Shown piece by piece: positions 27,395 through 35,946 of a stretch of DNA of 64,000 nt. Each line of letters begins with the position of its first letter. Position 1 is the first letter of the stretch. The position numbers and the translations under genes are program-made. Source of the DNA: an uncultured Clostridium sp. (lineage in GTDB: Bacteria > Bacillota > Clostridia > Christensenellales > CAG-138); the NCBI GenBank assembly GCA_964392455.1, contig CAYMPG010000004.1:7537-71536 (forward strand), in the 5' to 3' direction. The notes beneath the pieces are model-generated. The model was not told the origin of the DNA and did no database searches. It saw only the letters and a program-made list of their open reading frames with translations.

Positions 27395-27607
27395 ATGGCA
27401 GGAAAAGTAACGTTTCTGCAGGACAGATGCAAGGGCTGTGAGCTCTGCGTCAGCGTCTGTCCCAAGAAGATCGTCGAAATCGATCTGGCGATCACCAACC
27501 GCAAGGGCTATCACCCCGCAACTGTAAACGACATGGATGCTTGCATCGCATGCGGAAGCTGCGCCAAGATTTGCCCCGATTCCATCATCACGGTTGAAAA
27601 GCTGTAA
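27395..27607 (+). CDS. 4Fe-4S dicluster ferredoxin (delta subunit of 2-oxoacid:ferredoxin oxidoreductase)
   Basis: 70 aa with two CxxCxxCxxxCP motifs. Confidence 0.9.
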   Translation: MAGKVTFLQDRCKGCELCVSVCPKKIVEIDLAITNRKGYHPATVNDMDACIACGSCAKICPDSIITVEKL

Positions 27608-27627
27608 AGAAAGGGGGCAAAACAACA

Positions 27628-28689
27628 ATGGCAAAAGAACTTTGGAAAGGCAATGAAGCCATCGCAGAAGCCGCAATACGTGCGGGCTGCAAATACTTCT
27701 TCGGTTACCCCATCACTCCTCAGACTGAGGTTCCCGAGTATCTTTCTCTGCATCTCCCCGAGATCGGCGGCTGCTTCCTGCAGGCCGAGAGCGAAGTTGC
27801 AGCTATCAACATGGTATACGGTGCGGCAGGATGCGGCGTTCGCGTAATGACCTCCTCCTCCTCCCCCGGAATCAGCCTTAAGCAGGAAGGTATCACCTAC
27901 CTGTGCGGCGCTGAGCTTCCCTGCGTTATCATCAACGTAATGCGCGGCGGCCCCGGCCTCGGTACCATTCAGCCTGCTCAGGGCGACTATTTCCAGGCCA
28001 CCCGTGGCGGCGGCAATGGCGACTACCGTACTCCCGTGCTTGCTCCTGCAAACGTACAGGAAGCTGCCGACTTTGTACGCCTCGCATTTGACATCGCTGA
28101 CCAGTACCGCAACCCCGTAATGGTGCTTGCTGACGGTATGATTGGCCAGATGATGGAAGCCGTAGAATGGGGCGAGATGGAGAAGCGTGACCTGCCCGCT
28201 AAGACCTGGGCCACCACCGGCACCAAGTGCGAGCGCGAGCACAACGTTATCAACTCCCTCTACATCCAGCCCGAGGTATGCGCTGTTCACAACGAGAACC
28301 TTGAAAAGAAATATAAGGCTCTTGAGGCAAACGAGACCCGCTACGAAGAAGTCGATACCGATGGCTGCGAAGTACTCTTTGCTGCCTACGGCACCACTTC
28401 CCGCGTATGCCGTGCAGCCATGAAGATACTGGCTGACGAAGGCATCAAGGCCGGTCTGTTCCGTCCCATCACCCTGTGGCCCTATCCCTATGATGCCCTC
28501 AAGAAGTGTGCATCCCAGGGCAGCGTAAAGGCCGTGGTAGACGTGGAAATGTCTCTGGGCCAGATGCTGGACGATGTAAAGATCGCTCTGGAGGGCGTAA
28601 AGCCCATTTCATTCATTGGCAAGGCCGGCGGTATCGTTCCCACTCCTCGTGATGTTGCGGACGCTGCCAAGAAGGCATTGGGGAGGTAA
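27628..28689 (+). CDS. 2-oxoacid:ferredoxin oxidoreductase subunit alpha (VorA/KorA-like)
   Basis: 353 aa; GNEAIAEAAIRAGCKYFFGYPITPQTE is the typical alpha-subunit N-terminus. Confidence 0.9.
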   Translation: MAKELWKGNEAIAEAAIRAGCKYFFGYPITPQTEVPEYLSLHLPEIGGCFLQAESEVAAINMVYGAAGCGVRVMTSSSSPGISLKQEGITYLCGAELPCVIINVMRGGPGLGTIQPAQGDYFQATRGGGNGDYRTPVLAPANVQEAADFVRLAFDIADQYRNPVMVLADGMIGQMMEAVEWGEMEKRDLPAKTWATTGTKCEREHNVINSLYIQPEVCAVHNENLEKKYKALEANETRYEEVDTDGCEVLFAAYGTTSRVCRAAMKILADEGIKAGLFRPITLWPYPYDALKKCASQGSVKAVVDVEMSLGQMLDDVKIALEGVKPISFIGKAGGIVPTPRDVADAAKKALGR

Positions 28690-28694
28690 TAAAA

Positions 28695-29447
28695 ATGGCA
28701 ATCGTATATCAGAAGTCCAAAGGTTTAACGGATAAAGAACTTCATTACTGCCCCGGCTGCACCCATGGCATAGCCCATAAGCTGGTAGCAGAAACTCTGG
28801 AAGAGCTGGACATCATCGGCACCACCATCGGCGTGGCCCCCGTAGGCTGCTCCGTTTTCGCCTATGATTACTTTGCATGCGATATGCACGAAGCCGCTCA
28901 CGGCCGTGCTCCCGCTGTAGCCACCGGCATCAAGCGTGTATCCCCCGCTGGCACCACCGTATTCACCTATCAGGGCGACGGCGACCTGGCTGCCATAGGT
29001 ACCGCTGAAATCGTTCACGCTGCAATGCGTGGCGAGAAGATCACCACCATCTTCATCAACAACGCTATTTACGGCATGACCGGCGGCCAGATGGCTCCCA
29101 CCACTCTGGTAGGCCAGAAGGCCACCACCTGCCCCCTTGGCCGTTCCAAGGAGCATTATGGTGAGCCCATCCGTATGTGCGAGCTGCTCTCCACCATCAA
29201 CGGCTGCGTATACGCCGAGCGTGTATGCGTAACCGACATGGGCAACCTCAACAAGGCCAAGAAGGCCATCAAGAAGGCCTTTGAGCTGCAGCAGCAGGGC
29301 GCAGGCTTCACCTTCGTTGAGATACTGGCCGCCTGCCCCACCAACTGGGGTAAGCCTCCTGTAAAGGCTGTGGAATGGCTCAAGGAGAACATGATTCCCT
29401 ACTATCCCCTTGGCGTATACAAGGACATTACCGCGGAGGTGAAATAG
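28695..29447 (+). CDS. 2-oxoacid:ferredoxin oxidoreductase subunit beta (TPP-binding)
   Basis: 250 aa with YCPGCTHG and GDGD...NN TPP-binding motifs. Confidence 0.9.
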   Translation: MAIVYQKSKGLTDKELHYCPGCTHGIAHKLVAETLEELDIIGTTIGVAPVGCSVFAYDYFACDMHEAAHGRAPAVATGIKRVSPAGTTVFTYQGDGDLAAIGTAEIVHAAMRGEKITTIFINNAIYGMTGGQMAPTTLVGQKATTCPLGRSKEHYGEPIRMCELLSTINGCVYAERVCVTDMGNLNKAKKAIKKAFELQQQGAGFTFVEILAACPTNWGKPPVKAVEWLKENMIPYYPLGVYKDITAEVK

Positions 29448-29448
29448 C

Positions 29449-29985
29449 ATGACTAACGAAATCATCATTTCCGGCTTCGGCGGACAGGGCGTTATGGCTA
29501 TCGGTAAGACCATTACCGAGGCAGGCATGAAAGAAGGCATGGAAGTATCCTGGCTGCCCTCCTACGGCCCCGAAATGCGCGGCGGTACCGCCAACTGCAG
29601 CGTGGTTCTCTCCGATGAACCCATCGTTTCCCCTATAGTTCTTGAGCCCACCGAGCTCATCGCCATGAATCTTCCTTCTCTGCTGAAGTTTGAATCCGTG
29701 GTAAAGCCCGGCGGCACCATCTTCGTCAACAGCTCCGTTGTAGACAAGAAGGTAGAGCGCACCGACGTAAAGGCAGTTTACGTAGACTGCATCAAGATTG
29801 CTGATGAGCTGGGCAATGCCAAGGTTGCCAACATGGTTATGCTTGGCGCCTACATCGAGGCAATGAAGAACCTCTCCACCGATACCATCAAGGAGATGCT
29901 GGTTCATATGTTCACAGGCCCCAAGGCCAAGCTGGTAGACCTTAACATCGAGGCCCTCAAGCGTGGCGCTGCCTGCGTAGAATAA
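29449..29985 (+). CDS. 2-oxoacid:ferredoxin oxidoreductase subunit gamma
   Basis: 178 aa; ISGFGGQGV is the typical gamma-subunit motif. Confidence 0.9.
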   Translation: MTNEIIISGFGGQGVMAIGKTITEAGMKEGMEVSWLPSYGPEMRGGTANCSVVLSDEPIVSPIVLEPTELIAMNLPSLLKFESVVKPGGTIFVNSSVVDKKVERTDVKAVYVDCIKIADELGNAKVANMVMLGAYIEAMKNLSTDTIKEMLVHMFTGPKAKLVDLNIEALKRGAACVE

Positions 29986-30002
29986 TCAGGCTTAACTTAA
30001 AT

Positions 30003-30038
30003 AAAGGGGAAAAGCTGCCTTACGGCATTTCCCCTTTA
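30003..30038 (+). terminator. hairpin after oxidoreductase gamma gene (possible partial terminator)
   Basis: AAAGGGGAAA ... TTTCCCCTTT stem enclosing TGCC ttac GGCA. Confidence 0.5.
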
Positions 30039-30110
30039 TAATTATCAGAAGCGTATATCCTTTTAACCAAAATACATAAATAAATGCATTTTCAGCATCA
30101 GGAGGATAAA

Positions 30111-31295
30111 ATGTACGTAAAGTTCGCATCCAGAATGGATAACATAAAGGGTTCCGCCATCCGTGCTCTGCTTAAGGTTGCCGAGCAGCCCGACATCATC
30201 TCCTTCGCAGGCGGCTTCCCCGCCCCCGAATTCTTCCCCATCAAGGAAATGGAAGAGGTTTCCAAGAAGGTTCTCCGTGAGGACGGCTATGCAGCCCTCC
30301 AGTACGGCGCTACCGATGGCCTTCCCTCCCTCCGCAAGCACATCTGCAAGCTGATGGAGCCCCAGAATATCCATGCTGACATCGCTGACATATTGGTCAC
30401 CAGCGGCTCCCAGCAGGGTCTTGACCTTGCCGGTATGCTGTTCATCGACAAGGACGACGTGGTCATCACCGAAAGCCCCAGCTACCTTGGCGCTCTGAAT
30501 GCCTTCAAGGCATATCAGCCCAAGTTCGCAGAGGTGGAGATGGATGAGCAGGGCATGCTTATGGATAAGCTGGAGGAAGCCCTGGAAGCCAATAAGGACA
30601 AGGTAAAGTTCATTTACACCATTCCTGATTTCCAGAACCCCACCGGCCGCACCATGCCCATCGAGCGCCGCAAGAAGATGGTAGAGCTTGCCAACAAGTA
30701 CGGCATATTCATCCTGGAAGACAATCCCTACGGTTCCCTGCGCTTTGAGGGCGATATCATGCCCGCCATCAAGTCCTTCGATACCGAGGGCCGTGTAATT
30801 TATCTGGGCACCATGTCCAAGATTTTCTGCCCCGGCATGCGCCTTGGCTGGATTTATGCCTCCAATGAGGTTGTCAACAAGTTCAATATGCTCAAGCAGG
30901 GCGTAGACCTCCAGTCCAACTCTCTGTCCCAGCGTGAGTGCGCCACCTTCTTCGATATGTATGACATCAACGCTCACATCGCCAGGATTATCGAGACCTA
31001 CCGCAGGCGCCGTGACCTGATGATCAACACCATGGCAGAATGCTTCCCCAAGAACGTATCCTACACTCATCCTGAGGGCGGTCTGTTCCTGTGGGTAACC
31101 CTGCCCGAGGGCATTGACGCCGCTGAAGTATTCAAGAAGGCTCTGGATAAGAAGGTTGCCTTCGTTGCCGGCGAACCCTTCTATCCCAATGGCGGCAATG
31201 CAAACCACTTCCGCCTCAACTACTCCAATATGCCTGAGGATAAGATCGTAGAGGGCATCAGGGCCCTTGGCGCTGTTCTCACCGAGGTTTGCTAA
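30111..31295 (+). CDS. PLP-dependent aminotransferase (class I/II, 2-aminoadipate/aromatic/branched-chain type)
   Basis: Start set at MYVKFASRM (GGAGG RBS at 30101). Motifs SFAGGFP and GTMSKIFCPGMRLGW (PLP lysine). Confidence 0.85.
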   Translation: MYVKFASRMDNIKGSAIRALLKVAEQPDIISFAGGFPAPEFFPIKEMEEVSKKVLREDGYAALQYGATDGLPSLRKHICKLMEPQNIHADIADILVTSGSQQGLDLAGMLFIDKDDVVITESPSYLGALNAFKAYQPKFAEVEMDEQGMLMDKLEEALEANKDKVKFIYTIPDFQNPTGRTMPIERRKKMVELANKYGIFILEDNPYGSLRFEGDIMPAIKSFDTEGRVIYLGTMSKIFCPGMRLGWIYASNEVVNKFNMLKQGVDLQSNSLSQRECATFFDMYDINAHIARIIETYRRRRDLMINTMAECFPKNVSYTHPEGGLFLWVTLPEGIDAAEVFKKALDKKVAFVAGEPFYPNGGNANHFRLNYSNMPEDKIVEGIRALGAVLTEVC

Positions 31296-31315
31296 GCTAA
31301 TATAGGCTAAAGCGC

Positions 31316-31352
31316 ACACACGGCAGATGTGACCATCTGCCGTGTGTTTTTT
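31316..31352 (+). terminator. intrinsic terminator after aminotransferase gene
   Basis: ACACACGGCAGATG tgac CATCTGCCGTGTGT followed by TTTTT. Confidence 0.8.
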
Positions 31353-31384
31353 ATTATGGCTCAGCCAAAGAACCCGCTATAACA

Positions 31385-31419
31385 AAAAGAAAGCCCCAGA
31401 CCTTTAAGTCTGGAGCTTT
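31385..31419 (-). terminator. terminator of the minus-strand tRNA pair
   Basis: Minus strand reads CCAGAC ttaaag GTCTGG followed by a U-rich tract. Confidence 0.5.
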
Positions 31420-31495
31420 TGGTACACCCTCAGGGGCTCGAACCCTGGACACCCTGATTAAGAGTCAGGTGCTCTACCAACTGAGCTAAGGGTGC
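31420..31495 (-). tRNA. tRNA-Lys (anticodon CTT)
   Basis: Reverse complement GCACCCTTAGCTCAGTTGGTAGAGC...CTCTTAA...CAGGGTTCGAGCCCCTG AGGGTGT A CCA. Confidence 0.9.
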
Positions 31496-31503
31496 ACGAT
31501 TAC

Positions 31504-31579
31504 TGGAGCGGGAGACGGGGCTCGAACCCGCCACCTCCGCCTTGGCAAGGCGGCGCTCTACCAAATGAGCTACTCCCGC
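31504..31579 (-). tRNA. tRNA-Gly (anticodon GCC)
   Basis: Reverse complement GCGGGAGTAGCTCATTTGGTAGAGC..., anticodon loop TTGCCAA, T loop TTCGAGC, CTCCCGC T CCA. Confidence 0.9.
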
Positions 31580-31608
31580 ACAAGGGCTTTCCTTCAGCGC
31601 GCTTGATT

Positions 31609-31637
31609 ATTGTAGCGCATTATGTCGCTGTTGTCAA
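31609..31637 (-). promoter_or_regulatory. sigma-A promoter for tRNA-Gly/tRNA-Lys pair
   Basis: Minus strand reads TTGACA, 17-nt spacer, TACAAT, about 30 nt upstream of tRNA-Gly. Confidence 0.7.
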
Positions 31638-31714
31638 CCCTTTTAATAGTATTTTTATTCCTAAAATTTGATATATTATTCTGCCTGCCGGCCAGCCGTT
31701 CCATTGGGCGGCCG

Positions 31715-32380
31715 CTACATACCCTGAATGTACCTGTATACGGGGGCAAGCTCCTTCAGGGCGTCCCGCACCTCGTCTGCAATGCCGCCATTCATGGTTG
31801 GAGCCAGGGATGGGCTATCGTAGCAGAAGCTCAGGCTGCGGCGGTTAAGGTAGGGCTTTATATCCTCAGGTATGTTTACCGCCACATCCCGCTTGTAGGG
31901 CTCTCCTGTGGCCGTATAACGGCTCAGGGCCGGGGCTGTGACTATTTGCCTGAACCCCTGTGGATCTGCTGCTGCACGGGCTCTCAGGGCCTTCATCATG
32001 GGAAGGTTGGTGCTGTACATTCCGGTGCCATAGCTGTAGCCTGCGGGGGTTATCTCAAAAAACAGGCACAGGCTCTCCCCAAGGCTCTGCCCCTCCCGGC
32101 GGAAGGCTATCCACATATGGTCCCTGTAGGGGAGCTTGTTTTTTGAAAAGCGGGTATCCCTGTTTATGCGGGAAACTATGCAGCCCAGCCTTGGATTGAA
32201 TTCCGGGTCTATCTCAAGGGCCGTGGGCAGCAATATCTCCGCCAGCTGCTGCATGGGCTGCTGAACATACTGGCGATACCTGGGCCTGTTTTCCTCCATC
32301 CACATACGGTTATTATTGAAGGCAAGCTCCGTAAGGAACATATACGCCTCAGGCCTGAATCCGTCAAATTCATGCTTCAT
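31715..32380 (-). CDS. DUF2461 (TIGR02453) family protein
   Basis: 221 aa; FLTELAFNNNRMWMEENRPRY is typical of the family. Confidence 0.8.
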   Translation of the reverse strand: MKHEFDGFRPEAYMFLTELAFNNNRMWMEENRPRYRQYVQQPMQQLAEILLPTALEIDPEFNPRLGCIVSRINRDTRFSKNKLPYRDHMWIAFRREGQSLGESLCLFFEITPAGYSYGTGMYSTNLPMMKALRARAAADPQGFRQIVTAPALSRYTATGEPYKRDVAVNIPEDIKPYLNRRSLSFCYDSPSLAPTMNGGIADEVRDALKELAPVYRYIQGM

Positions 32381-33269
32381 TTGCTTTCTCCTTCTTCTTT
32401 GCCTTTACCGCCTTCCAGTCCACCTGGGACAGCACCAGCGCACACAGTATCAGTATGCACCCAAGCAGTGCCCGGCCCGTCATGGCCTCATGGAGGAATA
32501 TCACGCCAAATATGCAGCCAAAGGCCGCCTCAGTGCTCATAAACAGCGATGCATACTCGGGGCTTGCGTATTTTATGCCCACGTTTTGCAGGGTAAGGGC
32601 AAATAGTGTGCCTGCTATGCCGCAGTATGCAAGGGCGCCTATGGTCTCCCTGCTGAAGGAAGCGGGAGGCTGCTCAAAGAGCAATGCAGCTATCCATGAA
32701 TACACCGCCGCAAACAGAAACTGCAGGCAGGTGAGCTGCATCACATCCACCCGCTGCTCGAATTTATCCACATACACAATGTGCAGCGCATATCCTATGC
32801 CGCACAGCAGCGTCAGAAAATCGCCTATGTTCATGCCATCGCTGCCGTTTAATGACAGCAGAGCTATGCCGCACAGCATCATTACCGCCGCCACCATTAC
32901 CCGGGTATCCGGCCGCTCCTTGCGCTGTATCCACAGGATAAACGGCACCAGCACCACATACAGGGCGGTTATAAGGGCATTTTTGCCGGCAGTGGTATAT
33001 ATGAGCCCATAGGTCTGCACAACATACGCACCATACAGCAGCGCACCCGTTACGGCGCCCCCCAGCAGAGCATAGCCATTCAGGGGATGCTTTTTGCTGA
33101 AAAGCGTATAGCAAAGGCCCACCGTGCCTATGGTGAACCTTATGGCCAGCAGGTAATTTGTGGATATGCTGTCAAGGGCGTTTTTCATTACCACAAAGCC
33201 TCCGCCCCATAGTGCGCCTGCTGTCAGCAGCATACAGTTTGCTATTACCCGCCTGGTTTTCTCGCTCAT
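32370..33269 (-). CDS. DMT (EamA) family transporter
   Basis: Start set at MSEKTRRVIANCMLL (ATG 33269). Ten predicted TM segments forming two EamA repeats. Confidence 0.85.
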   Translation of the reverse strand: MSEKTRRVIANCMLLTAGALWGGGFVVMKNALDSISTNYLLAIRFTIGTVGLCYTLFSKKHPLNGYALLGGAVTGALLYGAYVVQTYGLIYTTAGKNALITALYVVLVPFILWIQRKERPDTRVMVAAVMMLCGIALLSLNGSDGMNIGDFLTLLCGIGYALHIVYVDKFEQRVDVMQLTCLQFLFAAVYSWIAALLFEQPPASFSRETIGALAYCGIAGTLFALTLQNVGIKYASPEYASLFMSTEAAFGCIFGVIFLHEAMTGRALLGCILILCALVLSQVDWKAVKAKKKEKANEA

Positions 33270-33443
33270 TTTGTACCTCTTTGTCGATTGCATTATCCAA
33301 TCAACTTTACCACAGTGATTCCGGCAAATCAATCCCACATTTATGCTGTCCTTCCATTCATCCACTATGGCGGCAGGTGACCAAAATAATTACACTCTAT
33401 ATCGTAAACCACAGGCGCCTATCCACAATTTAAGGAGGAACAA

Positions 33444-34157
33444 ATGAAAAACCGGATAATATCCATAACCATTCTCATCTGCCTGCTGCTGGTGCTGCCC
33501 ACCATGGCCTTGGCCACGCCGGCCAAGCCGGAGCACGTTACCATTCTGTACCTTGACGTGGATAGCAACAGGCTTGTGGCAGGCACGGGCAGCTTTCAGC
33601 CGGAACGTTCCGGCGCATACGAGCTGAATAACAGCAGCCAGTCTGTCACCCAGGGGCTGCCCTCAGGCTACAGCCTTGTGGGAAACAGCCACTATGTAAT
33701 ATTCGTGGACATACACGGCAACGTTAACCCGAGCACGGTAGTATTCCCTGTAAAGCACACGGCGGCAACGCCACCCCCCTCGACAACGCCTAAGCCTGAG
33801 GCCACCCCCACCACCGCACCTACTCCCACAGTTGACCCTTCGACAACACCCAAGCCTGAGGCTACCCCCACCACCGCACCTACCCCCACGGTAAACCCCT
33901 CAACAACACCCAAACCTGAGGCCACCCCCACTGCTGACCCGAGCCCATCGGCTACCCCAAAGCCCACGGCAACCATAAAGCCTACAGCTAAGCCTACCGC
34001 AACCATAAAGCCCTCTGCAAAGCCCACTGCCACCCAGAAGCCCACCGCCAAGCCTGCGGCCAAGCCCTCCGCCTCCCCAAAATCCGGCGATGCTTCCGCA
34101 GCCATCTGGGCCATTTCCGCAGTAATAGCTGCGGCAGCCTGCCTTAAGCGCAAATAA
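33444..34157 (+). CDS. secreted Pro/Thr-rich repeat protein with C-terminal sorting-signal-like tail (SPKSGD + TM + KRK)
   Basis: Signal peptide MKNRIISITILICLLLVLPTMALA, a folded N-domain of about 90 aa, PT-rich repeats, and the C-terminus SPKSGDASAAIWAISAVIAAAACLKRK. Confidence 0.8.
   Translation: MKNRIISITILICLLLVLPTMALATPAKPEHVTILYLDVDSNRLVAGTGSFQPERSGAYELNNSSQSVTQGLPSGYSLVGNSHYVIFVDIHGNVNPSTVVFPVKHTAATPPPSTTPKPEATPTTAPTPTVDPSTTPKPEATPTTAPTPTVNPSTTPKPEATPTADPSPSATPKPTATIKPTAKPTATIKPSAKPTATQKPTAKPAAKPSASPKSGDASAAIWAISAVIAAAACLKRK
33780..33935 (+). repeat. coding tandem repeat, 60-bp unit x about 2.6
   Basis: Units start at 33780, 33840 and 33900, each encoding STTPKPEATPTTAPTPTV(D/N)P. 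Confidence 0.9.
33960..34079 (+). repeat. coding tandem repeat, 30-bp unit x 4
   Basis: Units start at 33960, 33990, 34020 and 34050, encoding KPTATIKPTA-like decapeptides. Confidence 0.85.
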
Positions 34158-34166
34158 GCGGCACTG

Positions 34167-34194
34167 AAAAAAGCTCCCATATGGGAGCTTTTTG
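34167..34194. terminator. bidirectional intrinsic terminator
   Basis: AAAAAAGCTCCC atat GGGAGCTTTTTG between convergent genes. Confidence 0.75.
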
Positions 34195-34230
34195 TCTTTT
34201 CTGGAGCGGCCAAAGGCCACCTTTCGATAA

Positions 34231-34851
34231 TCAGAAGGCCAGCCTTATCATAAGGCCCACCTCGGCTATTACGAGAATAGCCGCAAATATTATGCCGGGC
34301 AGCTTCAGCTTACGCACCTTCAGCGGAGCTATAAACGCCACTCCCAGCGCCAGCAGCACTGCTGTAAGCAGGTTTATGGTATTTATGCTAAGATACTCCG
34401 CCATAAGGTAAAAGAAGGGCATTATTACGGATACTGAGGTGACCGGCATGCCAAGGTAAAACACCCGCTCGCTGTTGGTTTCCTGCTGCCGCTTTTCCTC
34501 CAGCACGTTAAAATAGGCCAGCCTTATCAACGCCGCCAGTGAAAACAGGCTCAGCACCAGCTTTGAAAGGAGGCTGGTCATGCCCAGGGAAAAGCCTATC
34601 ACCGCAGGCAGCACCCCAAAGCACACAAGGTCATTGAGGGAATCTATCTGTATGCCAAAGAGCTTGCCCTCCTCGGTTCTATCCTTCTTGCTGCGGGCTA
34701 TCCTGCCATCAAAGGTATCTATCAGGCCACAGGCCATAAGGCACAGCAGCCCTATCTCCGGGCGGCCGGAGGTGGAAGCGAATATTCCCTGTATGGATAT
34801 TATCAGCGCCGCATACGTGGCGACGACGGTATAGTCATACACACCTATCAT
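34231..34851 (-). CDS. pssA: CDP-alcohol phosphatidyltransferase (phosphatidylserine synthase-like)
   Basis: 206 aa with the motif DTFDGRIAR...G..IDSLND, i.e. D-x2-DG-x2-AR...G-x3-D-x3-D. Multi-TM. Confidence 0.8.
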   Translation of the reverse strand: MIGVYDYTVVATYAALIISIQGIFASTSGRPEIGLLCLMACGLIDTFDGRIARSKKDRTEEGKLFGIQIDSLNDLVCFGVLPAVIGFSLGMTSLLSKLVLSLFSLAALIRLAYFNVLEEKRQQETNSERVFYLGMPVTSVSVIMPFFYLMAEYLSINTINLLTAVLLALGVAFIAPLKVRKLKLPGIIFAAILVIAEVGLMIRLAF

Positions 34852-34944
34852 AAAAAGGCTCCTTATGCAGTCTTCACTTTAATTCTACACCAACCGGGAC
34901 CTTTTGCCAACAGCAATACGGCCCGTATAAGCTAAGAACCCATA

Positions 34945-34972
34945 AAAAAGGACGCAAAGCTGCGTCCTTTAT
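34945..34972 (-). terminator. intrinsic terminator after lipoprotein gene
   Basis: Minus strand reads AAAGGACGCA gctt TGCGTCCTTT followed by TTTTA. Confidence 0.7.
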
Positions 34973-34983
34973 GTAAGAGTGGG

Positions 34984-35733
34984 TCAATTTGCCGGATGGA
35001 GCTGGGAAAAATCTATATACCTGTAATTCATACGGTGGAATGCATTGTATTCCACACCCTCCGCCTCGGCTCTTATCTCTATCTGGTTTTCACCCTCGCC
35101 CTGTACATATTCATCATAGCCGCCCAGGTTGTACAAAAGTGCTTCATCGTACCCAAGCTCAAGGAGCAGCGCCCTTGCTGCGGCAGCGTATTCGCCATCG
35201 CCGCACATGAGGAATATTGGGGCACCCTGTGGAAACAGGTCGTTTATTATGGCATTGGATTCGATATAGTTGGCCTTCACAGAGGCTATTGCGCCAGTCT
35301 GATCCAGCGTTATATCAAAGAGCCTTTGGCCTTCCTGCCCGGCTTCCCCCGCAAGGAAGGTATATGGCACCACCTCAAAGCCCCTTACTATGCCGCCCGG
35401 CTCCGTATCCGTAAGCACCCGCAGGTCACGATAGGCCACATCCTCAATATCCAGCCACTCGTCAATGGTATTCACGTTGATATTCATATCCATGCCAAGG
35501 GCGTTATTGGCGTCCGGCTGGGCAGGGGGTATCTCCGCAGTATCAGAGGTGGGTATCATTATGTCCGGTTCGGCTCCTGTCGGCACATCAGCCTCCACAG
35601 GCTCCTCCGGGCCCTCCATCACATCATCCACGGCAGGTATCACCACTACGTCCTCCGTACTGCCGCTTCCGCCGCAGCCCGCTGCAAACAGCAGCATGCA
35701 GGCCGCCAGCATTATTACAAAAAACCTTTTCAT
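34984..35733 (-). CDS. lipoprotein with C-terminal rhodanese-like domain
   Basis: Lipobox LFAAGC. Acidic linker. C-terminal region IFLMCGDGEYAAAARALLLELGY resembles a rhodanese fold; this is a low-certainty call. Confidence 0.6.
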   Translation of the reverse strand: MKRFFVIMLAACMLLFAAGCGGSGSTEDVVVIPAVDDVMEGPEEPVEADVPTGAEPDIMIPTSDTAEIPPAQPDANNALGMDMNINVNTIDEWLDIEDVAYRDLRVLTDTEPGGIVRGFEVVPYTFLAGEAGQEGQRLFDITLDQTGAIASVKANYIESNAIINDLFPQGAPIFLMCGDGEYAAAARALLLELGYDEALLYNLGGYDEYVQGEGENQIEIRAEAEGVEYNAFHRMNYRYIDFSQLHPAN

Positions 35734-35946
35734 AGCTTATTCCTTTCCATTTTACAGGCCCATGCATTAAAAGCATCCCTTTTTCGCTGGTTCATTTTAT
35801 CATACATTCATTTTGCCCGTCAAACCGGGGCAATACCAGCAAAAAGCCCGGTATTTGCTTAATAAAACCTTTGCCAAAGGTAGAAGCTGGTATATAATTG
35901 ATATGTAAACAAATATCTGACTCAGCGTTTATCAAAGGAGGCAGCC

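Noticed and set aside
33780-34079. Regularly spaced 60-bp and 30-bp direct repeats, checked as a possible CRISPR array or minisatellite
   Set aside because: The repeats are contiguous with no spacers, in frame, and encode the PT-rich stalk of the 33444..34157 protein. The 173-aa antisense ORF (33692..34213) is a repeat-driven shadow ORF.
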